Source: an uncultured Solirubrobacterales bacterium (lineage in GTDB: Bacteria; Actinomycetota; Thermoleophilia; Solirubrobacterales; JBBDJG01). Taken from it: DNA of 64,000 nt. The position numbers and the translations under genes were made by a program. Below the pieces are notes generated by a model. The model was not told the DNA's origin. It was given only the letters and a program-made list of their open reading frames with translations, and ran no database searches. The stretch covers positions 223,479-287,478 of the forward strand of contig CAWFMD010000001.1 of the NCBI GenBank assembly GCA_963816975.1, read 5' to 3'. Of the stretch, positions 10,395-19,804 are shown piece after piece. Within the stretch, counting starts at the first letter, position 1. Each line of letters begins with the position of its first letter.

Positions 10395-11316
10395 CGGGGG
10401 CGCGCGGGACGACGAGGATGCTCGTGGGACTCGAACGTACGAGCCCCGTGGAGACGCCGCCGAGCAGGACGCGCCCGACCGGGCCGTACTGGCGGGAGCC
10501 GACCACCAGCAGGTCGAGGCCGTTCTCCGCGGCGCTCGTCAGTGCCTCGTGAGCCGAGCCTTCCAGCACGTAGTGCTGCACCTCGACGCCCGGTTCGATC
10601 GATGCCGCGGCCTCCTCGAGCTCGCGCTCCAGCCGCGCGCGCTCGAGCCCGGCGCGCTCGTCGCGGCTCATGTCGACCGGGTCGAAGCCCACGGGGGCCG
10701 GGTCGACACCGAAGATCAGCTCTGCCTCGTGCACCGTCAAGAGGCGCAGGTGAGCTCCCGCACCGCGTGCCAGGAACTCGGCGTGGCGCAGCGCGAGCCA
10801 CGATTCGCGCGAGCCGTCGAAGCCGCACCCGATCACACCCAGCCGGGGATCGGAGCGCTCGCGAAGACCGGCGGGCGCCACGGCCACCGGGCAGGGCGAG
10901 CCGTGCAGGAGGCGCTCCGCGACCGAACCGGCCAGCACGCGGCCGATCGGGCCACGATGGCTGGAACCCACGACCAGCGCTCCGGCCTGCTCCGACTCGG
11001 CCAGCTCGTGCAGGCCCTGTGCGGCCGAGCGCGCGCCCAAGACCTGGGTGCGGACGCCCTCGCTTTGGGGGGCGGCGTCGGCGAGCATCTGCGCCGCCGT
11101 CCGGCTCATCGCCTGCTCGCGGCCGGCGGTCCCCGGTACGTAGGGAAACTCGCGCGGAACCACCGCGGCCACCAGCAGCTCGGCGCCGGTGACACCTGCC
11201 ATCAGCCGGGCGAGCGCGAGCCCGTCGCGAGCGCGGTCGCTGCCGTCGTATCCGGCGACCAACCGAGCGTAACGCAGGGTTGGAGTGTCGCCCGTGGGCG
11301 TCGTAGCCGCGGCCAT
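10327..11316 (-). CDS. Tandem-domain universal stress protein
   Basis: Two USP halves, each ending in a G..G....GSV motif (VVGSSHRGPIGRVLAGSVAERLL and VVGSRQYGPVGRVLLGGVSTGLV). Confidence 0.85.
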   Translation of the reverse strand: MAAATTPTGDTPTLRYARLVAGYDGSDRARDGLALARLMAGVTGAELLVAAVVPREFPYVPGTAGREQAMSRTAAQMLADAAPQSEGVRTQVLGARSAAQGLHELAESEQAGALVVGSSHRGPIGRVLAGSVAERLLHGSPCPVAVAPAGLRERSDPRLGVIGCGFDGSRESWLALRHAEFLARGAGAHLRLLTVHEAELIFGVDPAPVGFDPVDMSRDERAGLERARLERELEEAAASIEPGVEVQHYVLEGSAHEALTSAAENGLDLLVVGSRQYGPVGRVLLGGVSTGLVRSSPTSILVVPRAPDAPQSPPRAGRGGAGARQTRPR

Positions 11317-11405
11317 GAGGCAGACTACGCAGGACCGCTCGGTCCCGATAAGCGGCCTTGTCCGTGGATCTGTTGGGTACTAGTCCGCAACGCGTCCCGC
11401 GATGC

Positions 11406-13046
11406 TCAGCGGTCCAGCGCCGCGCTGACGAACCGGTCGGCGTCGTCGAGGCAGGTCTCCACTGCTCCATCCGTACGCAGGACGTGCAGGTCCGCGCCGG
11501 TCACGTCTTCGAGCGGCTCGCGCGACTCCAGCTGGGCGGCGATCACCGGCCAGGTGGCATCCGAGCCGTGCTCGGCGCCCTGCTCGCGCGCCGCGCCGCG
11601 CCGCGCCAGCACCTCGCGGGGCGCGGTGCACTCGATCCACAGCACCCGTGCCCCCGAGCGCTCCAGCCGCGCGGCCAGTGTCGTCCTGTGGCGGCGCACC
11701 GAGAACGTCGCATCGACGATCGCACCGCCGTGCGAGGCAACGCTTGCGGCGGCACGCTCGGCCAGCTCCCCGTATGTTTGGGCGGTGTGCTCGGCGTCGT
11801 AGACTCCGGGCGGCGCACGTTCCTCGGATCGCACGCCGGCCAGCTCCTTCCGGACGAGGTCGGAGTTCAGGTGCGGCAGGCCGCTGCGGCTCGCGAGAGC
11901 CGCGGCCAGTGTCGACTTGCCCGAGCCACCGACGCCGCACATCACCAGCACCAGCGGCAGCCTCGAGCGCCACGCGAGACGCTGGGCCAGACCGAACAGG
12001 GCTTGCGCGCGGGTCACGAGGTCGGTGCGCCGCGGATCCTCCGCGGCGAGCTGGCGGATTCGCAGCGCGGTCACCTTCGCCCGCACCCAGGCCCGGTAGC
12101 ACGCATAGAACGGCAGCAGCGCGCCCAGGTCCGCGTCGCCCGTCCGCTCGGCATAGGTGCACGCCACGCCCGCTGCCAGCTCGGGCGCGCCGAGCCGCTC
12201 GAGGTCCATGGTCAGGAAAGCGAGATCGGCGAGCACGTCGATTCGCCGCAGCCGATCGTCGAACTCGACGCAGTCCACGACCGTCAGGCCGTCGCGCTCG
12301 ACGAGGATGTGTTCCGCCCGCAGATCGCCGTGGACGTCGCGCACCATGCCGCCGTCCGCCCGCCGCTCGAGCAGGTTGCGGTGCGCGCTGAGGAAGGCGT
12401 CCGAGAACCGCCGCACGGAAGCGTGGGTGAGCCGGTCCAAGAGCACGCCGACCTCGGGCTCGGTAGTCGCGAAGTTCTCGGCGAGCCGCTCGGCGACGTA
12501 TGCGGGCGACCAGTAGCCGGCAGGCGCGCGCGGCGCTGACATGTGCAGGCCTGCCACCAACTCGCCGATCCGGTCGGCCAGCCGCGCGTCTGCTGCGCCC
12601 CGCTCGACGAGGCGCTCGAGCGTCGCGGCCTCGTCGAGCCGGCGCATCACGATCGCGTACTCGAGCGCGGCCGGATCCTCGGCATCCGTCAGCATCAGCT
12701 TGCCGCCGCGGTCTGCGACCCCCCGCACGCCGAGGTAGACGCTGGGCGCAAAGCGCCTGTTGAGCCGCACCTCCTCCTCGCAGAAGCGCCGCCGCAGGGC
12801 GAGTGTCGAGTAGTCGAGGAACGGCATGCGCACCGGCTTCTTGAGCTTGTAGGCGCGATCGCCCGCGAGGAACACGATCGACACGTGGGTCTCGCGCACC
12901 TCGACCCGCCCGGTGTGCGAGAAGAAGGATGGGTCATGCATCGCGGCCACGACGCGCGCGAAAGATCCGTAGATCCCACGGTGGTCGGACCGGCGTCCGC
13001 CCGGATCCTCCGGAGGCGCAGGCGCGCTACGTTCGACGTCGGCCAT
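11406..13046 (-). CDS. Bifunctional kinase-like protein: APH/phosphotransferase-like domain plus P-loop AAA_33 domain (Rv2004c-like)
   Basis: ATG at 13046 (MADVERS). Kinase-like HGDLRAEHILV and D..EFDD region, then P-loop CGVGGSGKSTLA. The upstream in-frame extension to 13256 has junk composition. Confidence 0.8.
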   Translation of the reverse strand: MADVERSAPAPPEDPGGRRSDHRGIYGSFARVVAAMHDPSFFSHTGRVEVRETHVSIVFLAGDRAYKLKKPVRMPFLDYSTLALRRRFCEEEVRLNRRFAPSVYLGVRGVADRGGKLMLTDAEDPAALEYAIVMRRLDEAATLERLVERGAADARLADRIGELVAGLHMSAPRAPAGYWSPAYVAERLAENFATTEPEVGVLLDRLTHASVRRFSDAFLSAHRNLLERRADGGMVRDVHGDLRAEHILVERDGLTVVDCVEFDDRLRRIDVLADLAFLTMDLERLGAPELAAGVACTYAERTGDADLGALLPFYACYRAWVRAKVTALRIRQLAAEDPRRTDLVTRAQALFGLAQRLAWRSRLPLVLVMCGVGGSGKSTLAAALASRSGLPHLNSDLVRKELAGVRSEERAPPGVYDAEHTAQTYGELAERAAASVASHGGAIVDATFSVRRHRTTLAARLERSGARVLWIECTAPREVLARRGAAREQGAEHGSDATWPVIAAQLESREPLEDVTGADLHVLRTDGAVETCLDDADRFVSAALDR

Positions 13047-13170
13047 GTCACCGAAGCAAATCACGCGCCGCAGGCTGCACACCCCGTCGGGGGGTGCTCG
13101 CACGCAGCGCGGCGGCCGCCTCGAGGGCGCGATCGCCGCGGCTGCACGCCGGCGCGTTAGGCTCCGCGGC

Positions 13171-13827
13171 GTGAATGATCGGCCCGCCGAGGAATCAGGC
13201 CCCATCAGGATCGTGATCGCGGACGACCACGCCGTGGTGCGCAGCGGGCTGCGCATGTTGCTCGACTCGGAGGCCGGCTTCGAAGTGGTTGCGGAGGCCG
13301 GCGACGTGGACGCTGCGCGGCGCTACGTCCGTGGTCACCACCCCTCGGTGCTGGTACTCGATCTCAACATGCCGGGCGAATCGAGCCTGGAGGCGATCCC
13401 GGGCCTGCGAGAGGAGTTTCCGGAGACCCAGATCGTGGTGCTCACGATGCAGGACGATCCGGCCTTCGCGCGCGAGGCGATGCGCGCCGGAGCGCTCGGT
13501 TACGTGTTGAAGGAGGCCGCCGATGCCGAGCTCGTCGAGGCCGTGCGCAGCGCGGCCGACGAGCGCACGTACCTGCACCCACCGCTGGGCGCGCGGCTGG
13601 CGGCCGAGCCCGAGCGCAGCGGTCCGCGCAGCGACCTCAGCGACCGCGAGATCGAGGTGCTGCGGTTGATCTCGCTCGGTCACACCAACAGCGAGATCGC
13701 GCAACAGCTCTTTCTGAGCGTGCGGACCGTCGAGTCACACCGCGCGCACATCCAGCAGAAGCTGGGCCTGTCGACCCGCGCCGAGCTGGTGAAGTACGCG
13801 CTCGAGCACAAGCTGCTGGAAGCCTGA
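13171..13827 (+). CDS. NarL/FixJ(LuxR)-family response regulator (DevR/DosR-like)
   Basis: Receiver domain IRIVIADDH...VLVLDLNMPG...VVLTM...GYVLKEA, plus LuxR HTH LSDREIEVLRLISLGHTNSEIAQQLFLSVRTVESHR. GTG 13171 is the preferred start. Confidence 0.9.
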   Translation: MNDRPAEESGPIRIVIADDHAVVRSGLRMLLDSEAGFEVVAEAGDVDAARRYVRGHHPSVLVLDLNMPGESSLEAIPGLREEFPETQIVVLTMQDDPAFAREAMRAGALGYVLKEAADAELVEAVRSAADERTYLHPPLGARLAAEPERSGPRSDLSDREIEVLRLISLGHTNSEIAQQLFLSVRTVESHRAHIQQKLGLSTRAELVKYALEHKLLEA

Positions 13828-13950
13828 GCCTGGGCGTCGCCGGGGTCCGTGACGACTACGGACTCGGCGGGCGGCTATGTGCCGATGCCCGGCGGCCGCG
13901 CAGCTCGTAGCGTCGCTGCACGACTTGCACGAGCATGAGGAGGTACCGAC

Positions 13951-14400
13951 ATGAGCTCGATCGAACGGGTCGAGGGCAGCTACACGACTCCGTCGCTGGA
14001 GCATGCGCTGGTGTCCGATGCGATGCGGTCGGAGGTGCTCACGTGTCCGCCCGACGCATCCCTGCGCACCATCGCCCGCATGATGGTCGTCGAGCACGTT
14101 CACTGCATGGTGGTCTCGGACGACGACGAGCGAGGTGGAGGGACGGCGACCTGGGGCATCGTCACGGACATGGATCTGATGCGGGCCGCGCGGGAGGACA
14201 TCGACGAGCGCACTGCATCGTGGGCCGCCGCCTCGGAGTTCCTGTCCGTCGCCCCGGACGAGCCGCTGATCCGCGCGATGCAGCTGATGCTCGAGCACGA
14301 CGTGACGCATCTCGTTGTCGTGGACCCGGGGGGTGAGAAGGCCGTCGGGGTGCTGTCGACCCTCGACGTCGCCGGCGTCCTGGCCTGGGGCCTTGCCTAA
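13951..14400 (+). CDS. CBS-pair domain protein (Hrp1/Rv2626c-like)
   Basis: Two CBS repeats. RBS GAGGAGG precedes the ATG. The 3' end overlaps the convergent kinase gene by 4 nt. Confidence 0.85.
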   Translation: MSSIERVEGSYTTPSLEHALVSDAMRSEVLTCPPDASLRTIARMMVVEHVHCMVVSDDDERGGGTATWGIVTDMDLMRAAREDIDERTASWAAASEFLSVAPDEPLIRAMQLMLEHDVTHLVVVDPGGEKAVGVLSTLDVAGVLAWGLA

Positions 14401-16154
14401 CCGGCCTCGCTCGCCCGCGGGGTAAGCAGTTGGCGCTGGAGGCCACTGGCCGCGGGGATCCGGGCCCGCACGAGGGTGCCCTGTCCGCTCCCGGACTCGA
14501 TCTCGACCGTGCCGCCCAGCAGCGTGACCCGCTCACGCATGCCGACGAGTCCGAATCCGGCGGCGCGAGCATTCGGGTCGAAGCCGCATCCGTCGTCGTG
14601 GATCGAGACGGTCACATCGCCGTTCCGCTTCAGCAGCTCGATCTCGAGGCGGCCGGCCCGGGCGTGCTTGGTGACGTTCGTCAACGCCTCCTGGACGAGC
14701 CGGTAGATCGTGCTCTCCACCTCCGGCGCAAGGCGTTCGGCCTCCTCCAGCGACAGCGCGATGTTCGTCTCGACGGTGATTCCCTCGATGGTGGCGATGC
14801 GCTGGGCCAGCGTCTCGATCGCCGGGACGAGCCCGATCTCGTCGAGCGCCGGGGGCCGTAGCTCGATGATCAGCGCGCGCAGGTTCGCGATCTCGATCCC
14901 GATCTGCTGGACGGCGTCGCGCACGGCGCCCTCGAGCCGCTCCGGGTCGCTGCCGCGCAGGGCGGAGGAGAGCAGCATCTGCAGGCCGCCCAGGCCCTGC
15001 AGTGTTTCGTCGTGCAGCTCGCGCGCCCACCGGCCGCGCTCCTGCTCGGAGGCCTCGATACTGTGCCGCAGGCGCTCCTCGGCGACGGACGTGGCCGTGT
15101 GCACGCTGACGGCGGCGGTCGCGGCAAACGACTCCAGCAACCGTGCGTCCTCGGCCGTGAACTCGGGTCCGCCGCGCTTGTCGGCGGCGATCAGTATCCC
15201 GACGGCCTGCGACCGGAAGACGAGCGGCACGAGCAAGGCGCTTTGCGCGCGCAGGTCGAGCTCCTGCGGAGAGACCTTCACCCGGCTGGAGAGGTCGGCG
15301 ACGCGTTCCGGGCGCATCGACTTCAGCACCTGGCCTGAGATGGAGCCCTCGATCGGAACGCGCGTGTCGAGCAGCGCCCGCTCCGCGTCCCCGGCGACCT
15401 CGTTGATCACGAGCTGGTCGCCCTCGACCAGCAGCATTGCGGTCCAGCGCGCATCCACCAACGCGCGACCGCGCTTGACGACCAGTTCGAGCACCCGTGC
15501 GATGTCGGTCTCGCCGTCGAGTGTGCGCATGATCTCGGTCGCCGCGCGCAGCCGGCGGACCGCCACCTCCAACTCGGCGCGACGGCCTTGTGCGTCGCGG
15601 AACAGGCGCGCGTTCTCGATCGCGATCGCGGCCCAGTCGGCGAGGATCACGGCGGAGGTCTCGTCCGCCTGGTCGAACTCCGCGCCGCCGTCCTTCTCCG
15701 TGAGGTAGAGATTGCCCCACGCCTCGGCGCGGATCACGATCGGCACTCCGAGGAACGTGCGCATCGGTGGGTGGCCTGGCGGGAAGCCGTAGGACGCAGA
15801 ATGCGCGCCGACGTCACCGATGCGCAGGGGGCGGACGTCCCTGATCAGCTCACCGAGGACGCCGCGGCCGGTGGGCAGGTCGCCGATCCGGGTGCGGGTT
15901 TCCGCGTCGATCCCGACCGTGATGAAACGCTCCAGGGACTTCCGCGGCTCGTCGAGGATCCCCAGGGCCGCGTAGCGGGCGCCGGTCACGTCGCGCGCCG
16001 TGTGCAGGACGCGCTCGAGCAGCGACTCCAGGTCCAGCGTCGAGACCAGCGCGCGGCCTGCGTCGATCAGGCGCTCGAGGCGTTGTGTTGCGAGGTCCTG
16101 TTCGGCTTTCACCTCTGACGCGATGTTCCCGTACCTCCCGCCTCCGGCGTCCAC
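14397..16154 (-). CDS. GAF-GAF-HisKA_3-HATPase sensor histidine kinase (DevS/DosT-like, probable heme sensor)
   Basis: GAF-A carries [23 protein letters not shown]...WGNLYLTEK. The H-box is [10 protein letters not shown], and the C-terminus has an HATPase N/G-box. The start is uncertain by a few codons. Confidence 0.9.
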   Translation of the reverse strand: [585 protein letters not shown]

Positions 16155-16226
16155 GTGTGGCCGGGCTCGAGGCTCGTGGGGATACTACGGTGCCCGGCTG
16201 AGTCGCGTGCGCCTGTTCGCCGACGC

Positions 16227-17642
16227 TCAGGGGACCCGGTGGACCTCGAGCAGGTTCGTGCCGAGCCCCTGTCCGACGAGGCCGGCGGTGATGCCGATCA
16301 GGTCGCCGGACTTGGCCAGGCCGAGGTCGCGCGCGCTGATCGCGCAGCCCTCGAGCAGGTCGTCGAGAGTGCCCTGCTCGTGGTAGTGGGCGGACGTCAC
16401 ACCGAAGAGCAGCTGGAGTCGCCGCACGGTCCCGGGCCGCTCGGACAGGGCCAGCACGGGCACGCGCGGGTGATGAGCGGACACCAGACGGGCGGTGCGC
16501 CCGCTGCGGGTCGGCACCACGAGCGCCGCGAGGTCGAGCTGATAGGCGGCCACCACCGCGCTGTAGGACAGCGTGTCGGCGACGTCGTGCTCGGCATGAC
16601 GGGTCCGTCGTGCCAGCCACTCCTCATAGGGCAGGTCGCGCTCGGTGACCTCCGCGATCCGCGACATCATGCGCACGGCCTCGATCGGGTACTCCCCGAT
16701 CGCGGTCTCCTCCGAGAGCATCAGCGCATCGGTGCCGTCGTAGACGGCGTTGGCGACATCGGTGGCCTCGGCGCGCGTCGGGCGCGTGGAGCGCACCATC
16801 GAAGCGAGCATCTGCGTGGCCGTGATGCATGGCTTCGAGTAGCGGCCGGCCAGTCGCAGCAGGTGCTTCTGGATCTGGGGAATCTCCTCGATCGGGACCT
16901 CGATGCCGAGGTCGCCACGCGCCACCATGATGCCGCCGGTGCAGGCCTGCACGATCTCCTCCGCGTTCTCCGCCGCCTCCCGCTTCTCGATCTTCGCGAT
17001 CACCGGTATGTCGGCGCCGCGCTCGGCGAGTCTCGCGTTGACCGGGTCCAGGTCGCTTGCGTGGCGCACGAACGAGACAGCGAGCAGGTCGATCTCGTGC
17101 TCGATCGCGAAGTCGACCCAGTCGAGGTCGGACTCGCCCACCGCCGATGGCAGGGCCTCGACTCCGGGCAGGTTCATGCCCTGGTGCGACGCCACCGTGC
17201 CGCCCGTCTCGACCTTGGTCAGCACCTGGGAGCCATCCGAATCGCGTACGCGCAACCTGATCGAGCCGTCCGCCAGGTAGATGACGTCGTCGCGCTTCAC
17301 CGCCCTCGGCAGGCCCGACCACCCCACCGGGAGGGTGTCACGCCCGGAGACGTCGGAGTTGATCGTGAGGGTCAGCCCCTGGCCGTTGCGCAGGTGCATC
17401 ACGCCGCCGTCGATCTCGCCCAGCCGCAGCTTCGGGCCGGGAATGTCGCCGAGCAGCCCGACCTCGCGGCCGGCGCGCGCCGCTGCCTTGCGCGCCATCT
17501 CGACGAGCCCCGCATGGTCGTCCTTGGTGCCGTGCGAGAAGTTCAGCCGCAGTACGTCCGCCCCGACCGAGATGAGCCCACTGAGGATCTCGGGGTTGTG
17601 GGTCGCCGGCCCGAGGGTCGCCACGATCTTGGTGCGACGCAT
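16227..17642 (-). CDS. pyk: Pyruvate kinase
   Basis: MRRTKIVATLGPAT...LNFSHG...MVARGDLGIE. Length is 471 aa. Confidence 0.95.
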   Translation of the reverse strand: MRRTKIVATLGPATHNPEILSGLISVGADVLRLNFSHGTKDDHAGLVEMARKAAARAGREVGLLGDIPGPKLRLGEIDGGVMHLRNGQGLTLTINSDVSGRDTLPVGWSGLPRAVKRDDVIYLADGSIRLRVRDSDGSQVLTKVETGGTVASHQGMNLPGVEALPSAVGESDLDWVDFAIEHEIDLLAVSFVRHASDLDPVNARLAERGADIPVIAKIEKREAAENAEEIVQACTGGIMVARGDLGIEVPIEEIPQIQKHLLRLAGRYSKPCITATQMLASMVRSTRPTRAEATDVANAVYDGTDALMLSEETAIGEYPIEAVRMMSRIAEVTERDLPYEEWLARRTRHAEHDVADTLSYSAVVAAYQLDLAALVVPTRSGRTARLVSAHHPRVPVLALSERPGTVRRLQLLFGVTSAHYHEQGTLDDLLEGCAISARDLGLAKSGDLIGITAGLVGQGLGTNLLEVHRVP

Positions 17643-17719
17643 GGACGCATTATGGAGGTCGCCGTGGGCGAACTCTCACGCCTGCCGGTGGGCGAAGCCC
17701 CCGACGTGCGTTACGTGGT

Positions 17720-18004
17720 TCAGTCCAGGTCGAGCCCAGACAGGAATTCCTCCGCCTCGCTCCAGCTTCCGGGCGGCACGCGCAGCGCGATGTCGCCGCG
17801 ACCGAACCGGTCCGGCTGCCAGTCCGCGGTGAGCACCGCCTCCATGCCGGCCTCCGCGAGGTGCTGGCGCCAGGCACGCGCGGTCTCCACGTCGCCGAAG
17901 TCGTGCACGACTTCCCAGTCGTCGAAGCGCGGGTCGCCGATGTGCAGCTCGTGCCGGCCAGGCGCGGCTCGCGTGCCGCGTGCGCGGCGCCGCAGCCAGC
18001 TCAT
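17720..18004 (-). CDS. Small hypothetical protein (94 aa)
   Basis: This is the only part of the 1013-aa antisense ORF with a protein-like sequence and high third-position GC. It occupies an otherwise empty gap. Start is uncertain. Confidence 0.55.
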   Translation of the reverse strand: MSWLRRRARGTRAAPGRHELHIGDPRFDDWEVVHDFGDVETARAWRQHLAEAGMEAVLTADWQPDRFGRGDIALRVPPGSWSEAEEFLSGLDLD

Positions 18005-18070
18005 GGTCTGGGACGAGTCGACATTGCCGGAGCCGTAGTATCCGGCACGGGCAACGATCGGAGGTGCCAG

Positions 18071-19030
18071 GTGAGAGCGTTCGTGACGGGCGGAACCGGT
18101 TTCATCGGGAGCCGCGTGGTACGCCGGCTGCTGGAGCGCGGCGACGAGGTGGTCGCGCTCGTACGCACGCCGCAGGCGGCGAGCGAGCTGGGCTGCGAGC
18201 TGGTCGAGGGCGACCTGTCCTCCGAGCAGGCGATCCGGGACGGGGTACGCGGCTGCGACGCGGTCTTTCACATCGCCGCGGTCTACAAGGTCGGCATTCC
18301 CGCATCCCAGCGGGATGCGATGCGCGATGCCAACGTGGGCGGCACGGAGCGGGTGCTCGATGCCGCGATCGACGCCGCAGTGCGACGGATCGTGTACGTG
18401 TCGACTGTCGGCGTGTTCGGGAACACCCGCGGCGACGTGGTGGACGAGACCTACAGCCACGACGGACACAGCTTCCTCTCCTGCTACGAGGAGACGAAGT
18501 GGCAATCGCACCAAGTGGCGCTCGACCGGATCGCCCGCGGCGCTCCCGTGGTGATCGTGCAGCCCGGCGGGGTCTACGGGCCCGGTGACCACTCCGAGCT
18601 GGGCAACATCATCGACCAGGCCAGCACGGGCAAGCTCCGCATGATGATGTTCCCCGAGACGGGCTTCAATCTCGTGCACGTCGACGATGTCGCGGACGGA
18701 GTCGTGCTCGCGTACGACAGGGGCCTGCCGGGCCAGTCCTACGTGCTCGGCGGCGAGATCGCGAAGATGCGCGACCTCGTGGAGAAGGTCTCGGAGATCT
18801 CGGGCCGCAAGGCACCCAAGCACGAACTTCCGGTCGGAGCGATGAAGCTGCTCACGCCGGTCGGACCGCTGGTCGGGAAGGCGATGGGCTTCCCACCGAA
18901 CCTGCGGGAGCTGATCGCCACCTCTGATGGCGTGACCTACTGGGCGACGGATGACAAGGCGCGCCGTGATCTCGGTTACGCGCCGCGCGACATGGACACG
19001 GGCCTGCGCCAGACGCTTGCTCAGAGCTAG
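18071..19030 (+). CDS. NAD-dependent epimerase/dehydratase family protein
   Basis: GTG 18071 is preceded by GGAGG. Motifs VTGGTGFIGSRVV and YEETK (YxxxK). Confidence 0.85.
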   Translation: MRAFVTGGTGFIGSRVVRRLLERGDEVVALVRTPQAASELGCELVEGDLSSEQAIRDGVRGCDAVFHIAAVYKVGIPASQRDAMRDANVGGTERVLDAAIDAAVRRIVYVSTVGVFGNTRGDVVDETYSHDGHSFLSCYEETKWQSHQVALDRIARGAPVVIVQPGGVYGPGDHSELGNIIDQASTGKLRMMMFPETGFNLVHVDDVADGVVLAYDRGLPGQSYVLGGEIAKMRDLVEKVSEISGRKAPKHELPVGAMKLLTPVGPLVGKAMGFPPNLRELIATSDGVTYWATDDKARRDLGYAPRDMDTGLRQTLAQS

Positions 19031-19039
19031 GAGGAACGA

Positions 19040-19795
19040 ATGCACCAACCAGATCTCTCGGGCCGGGTGGCGGCGATCACCGGCGCCTCGTCCGGAATCG
19101 GTGAGGCCACGGCGGTGACGCTCGCGCGGGCCGGGGCCGCGGTCTCGCTCGCGGCGCGCCGCAGCGATCGGATCGACGAGCTCGCCAAGCGCATCGAGGC
19201 AGACGGGGGCCGCGCGCTCGCGATCGAGACGGATGTCAGCGACGAGGCCCAGGCGAACACTTTCATCACACGCACCAACGCGGAGCTGGGGCGCGTCGAC
19301 ATCCTCGTGAACAACGCGGGGGTGATGTTGCTCGGGCCCGTGATCGGCTCCGACACGAGCGAGTGGCGCCAGATGATCGAGGTGAATCTGCTCGGCCTTC
19401 TGTACTGCACGCACGCCGCGCTCCCGGTGATGGGCGGACAGGGCAGCGGCCACATCGTCAATGTGTCGTCCGTCGCCGGCCGCTTCGCGACCCTCGGCGC
19501 GGGGGTCTACAACCTCACCAAGTTCGGCGTGAACGCGTTCTCGGAGGCCCTGCGACAGGAGGTCGCCGCCGCGAACGTGAAGGTGACGGTGATCGAGCCG
19601 GGGTTCGTCGCCACGGAGCTCCAGGGACACAACACCCACCCGATGGTGGTCGAAGCGATCGCGAAGATGCGCGAGGAGATCGGCGAACCGCTCGAGCCAG
19701 GGGACATCGCCGAGGCGATCCTGTACGCCGTCGGCGGCCCCGAGCGGGTGGCCGTCAACGAGGTGCTCGTGCGCCCTGCCGGGCAGCGGCGCTAG
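19040..19795 (+). CDS. Short-chain dehydrogenase/reductase (SDR)
   Basis: Motifs TGASSGIG, NNAG and YNLTK. Confidence 0.9.
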   Translation: MHQPDLSGRVAAITGASSGIGEATAVTLARAGAAVSLAARRSDRIDELAKRIEADGGRALAIETDVSDEAQANTFITRTNAELGRVDILVNNAGVMLLGPVIGSDTSEWRQMIEVNLLGLLYCTHAALPVMGGQGSGHIVNVSSVAGRFATLGAGVYNLTKFGVNAFSEALRQEVAAANVKVTVIEPGFVATELQGHNTHPMVVEAIAKMREEIGEPLEPGDIAEAILYAVGGPERVAVNEVLVRPAGQRR

Positions 19796-19804
19796 CGGGG
19801 GCCG

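Noticed and set aside
9351-12539. Plus-strand ORFs of 613, 472 and 393 aa over the ATPase, USP and Rv2004c-like genes
   Set aside because: They are antisense to motif-supported minus-strand genes and consist of low-complexity Arg/Ala/Gly/Pro sequence.
472-17719. A canonical mycobacterial DosR box (TTSGGGACTWWAGTCCCSAA) in the island promoters
   Set aside because: Scanning all seven intergenic regions by eye found no GGGAC-N4-GTCCC match. Only differently spaced GGAC/GTCC elements are present, and these are reported separately at low confidence.
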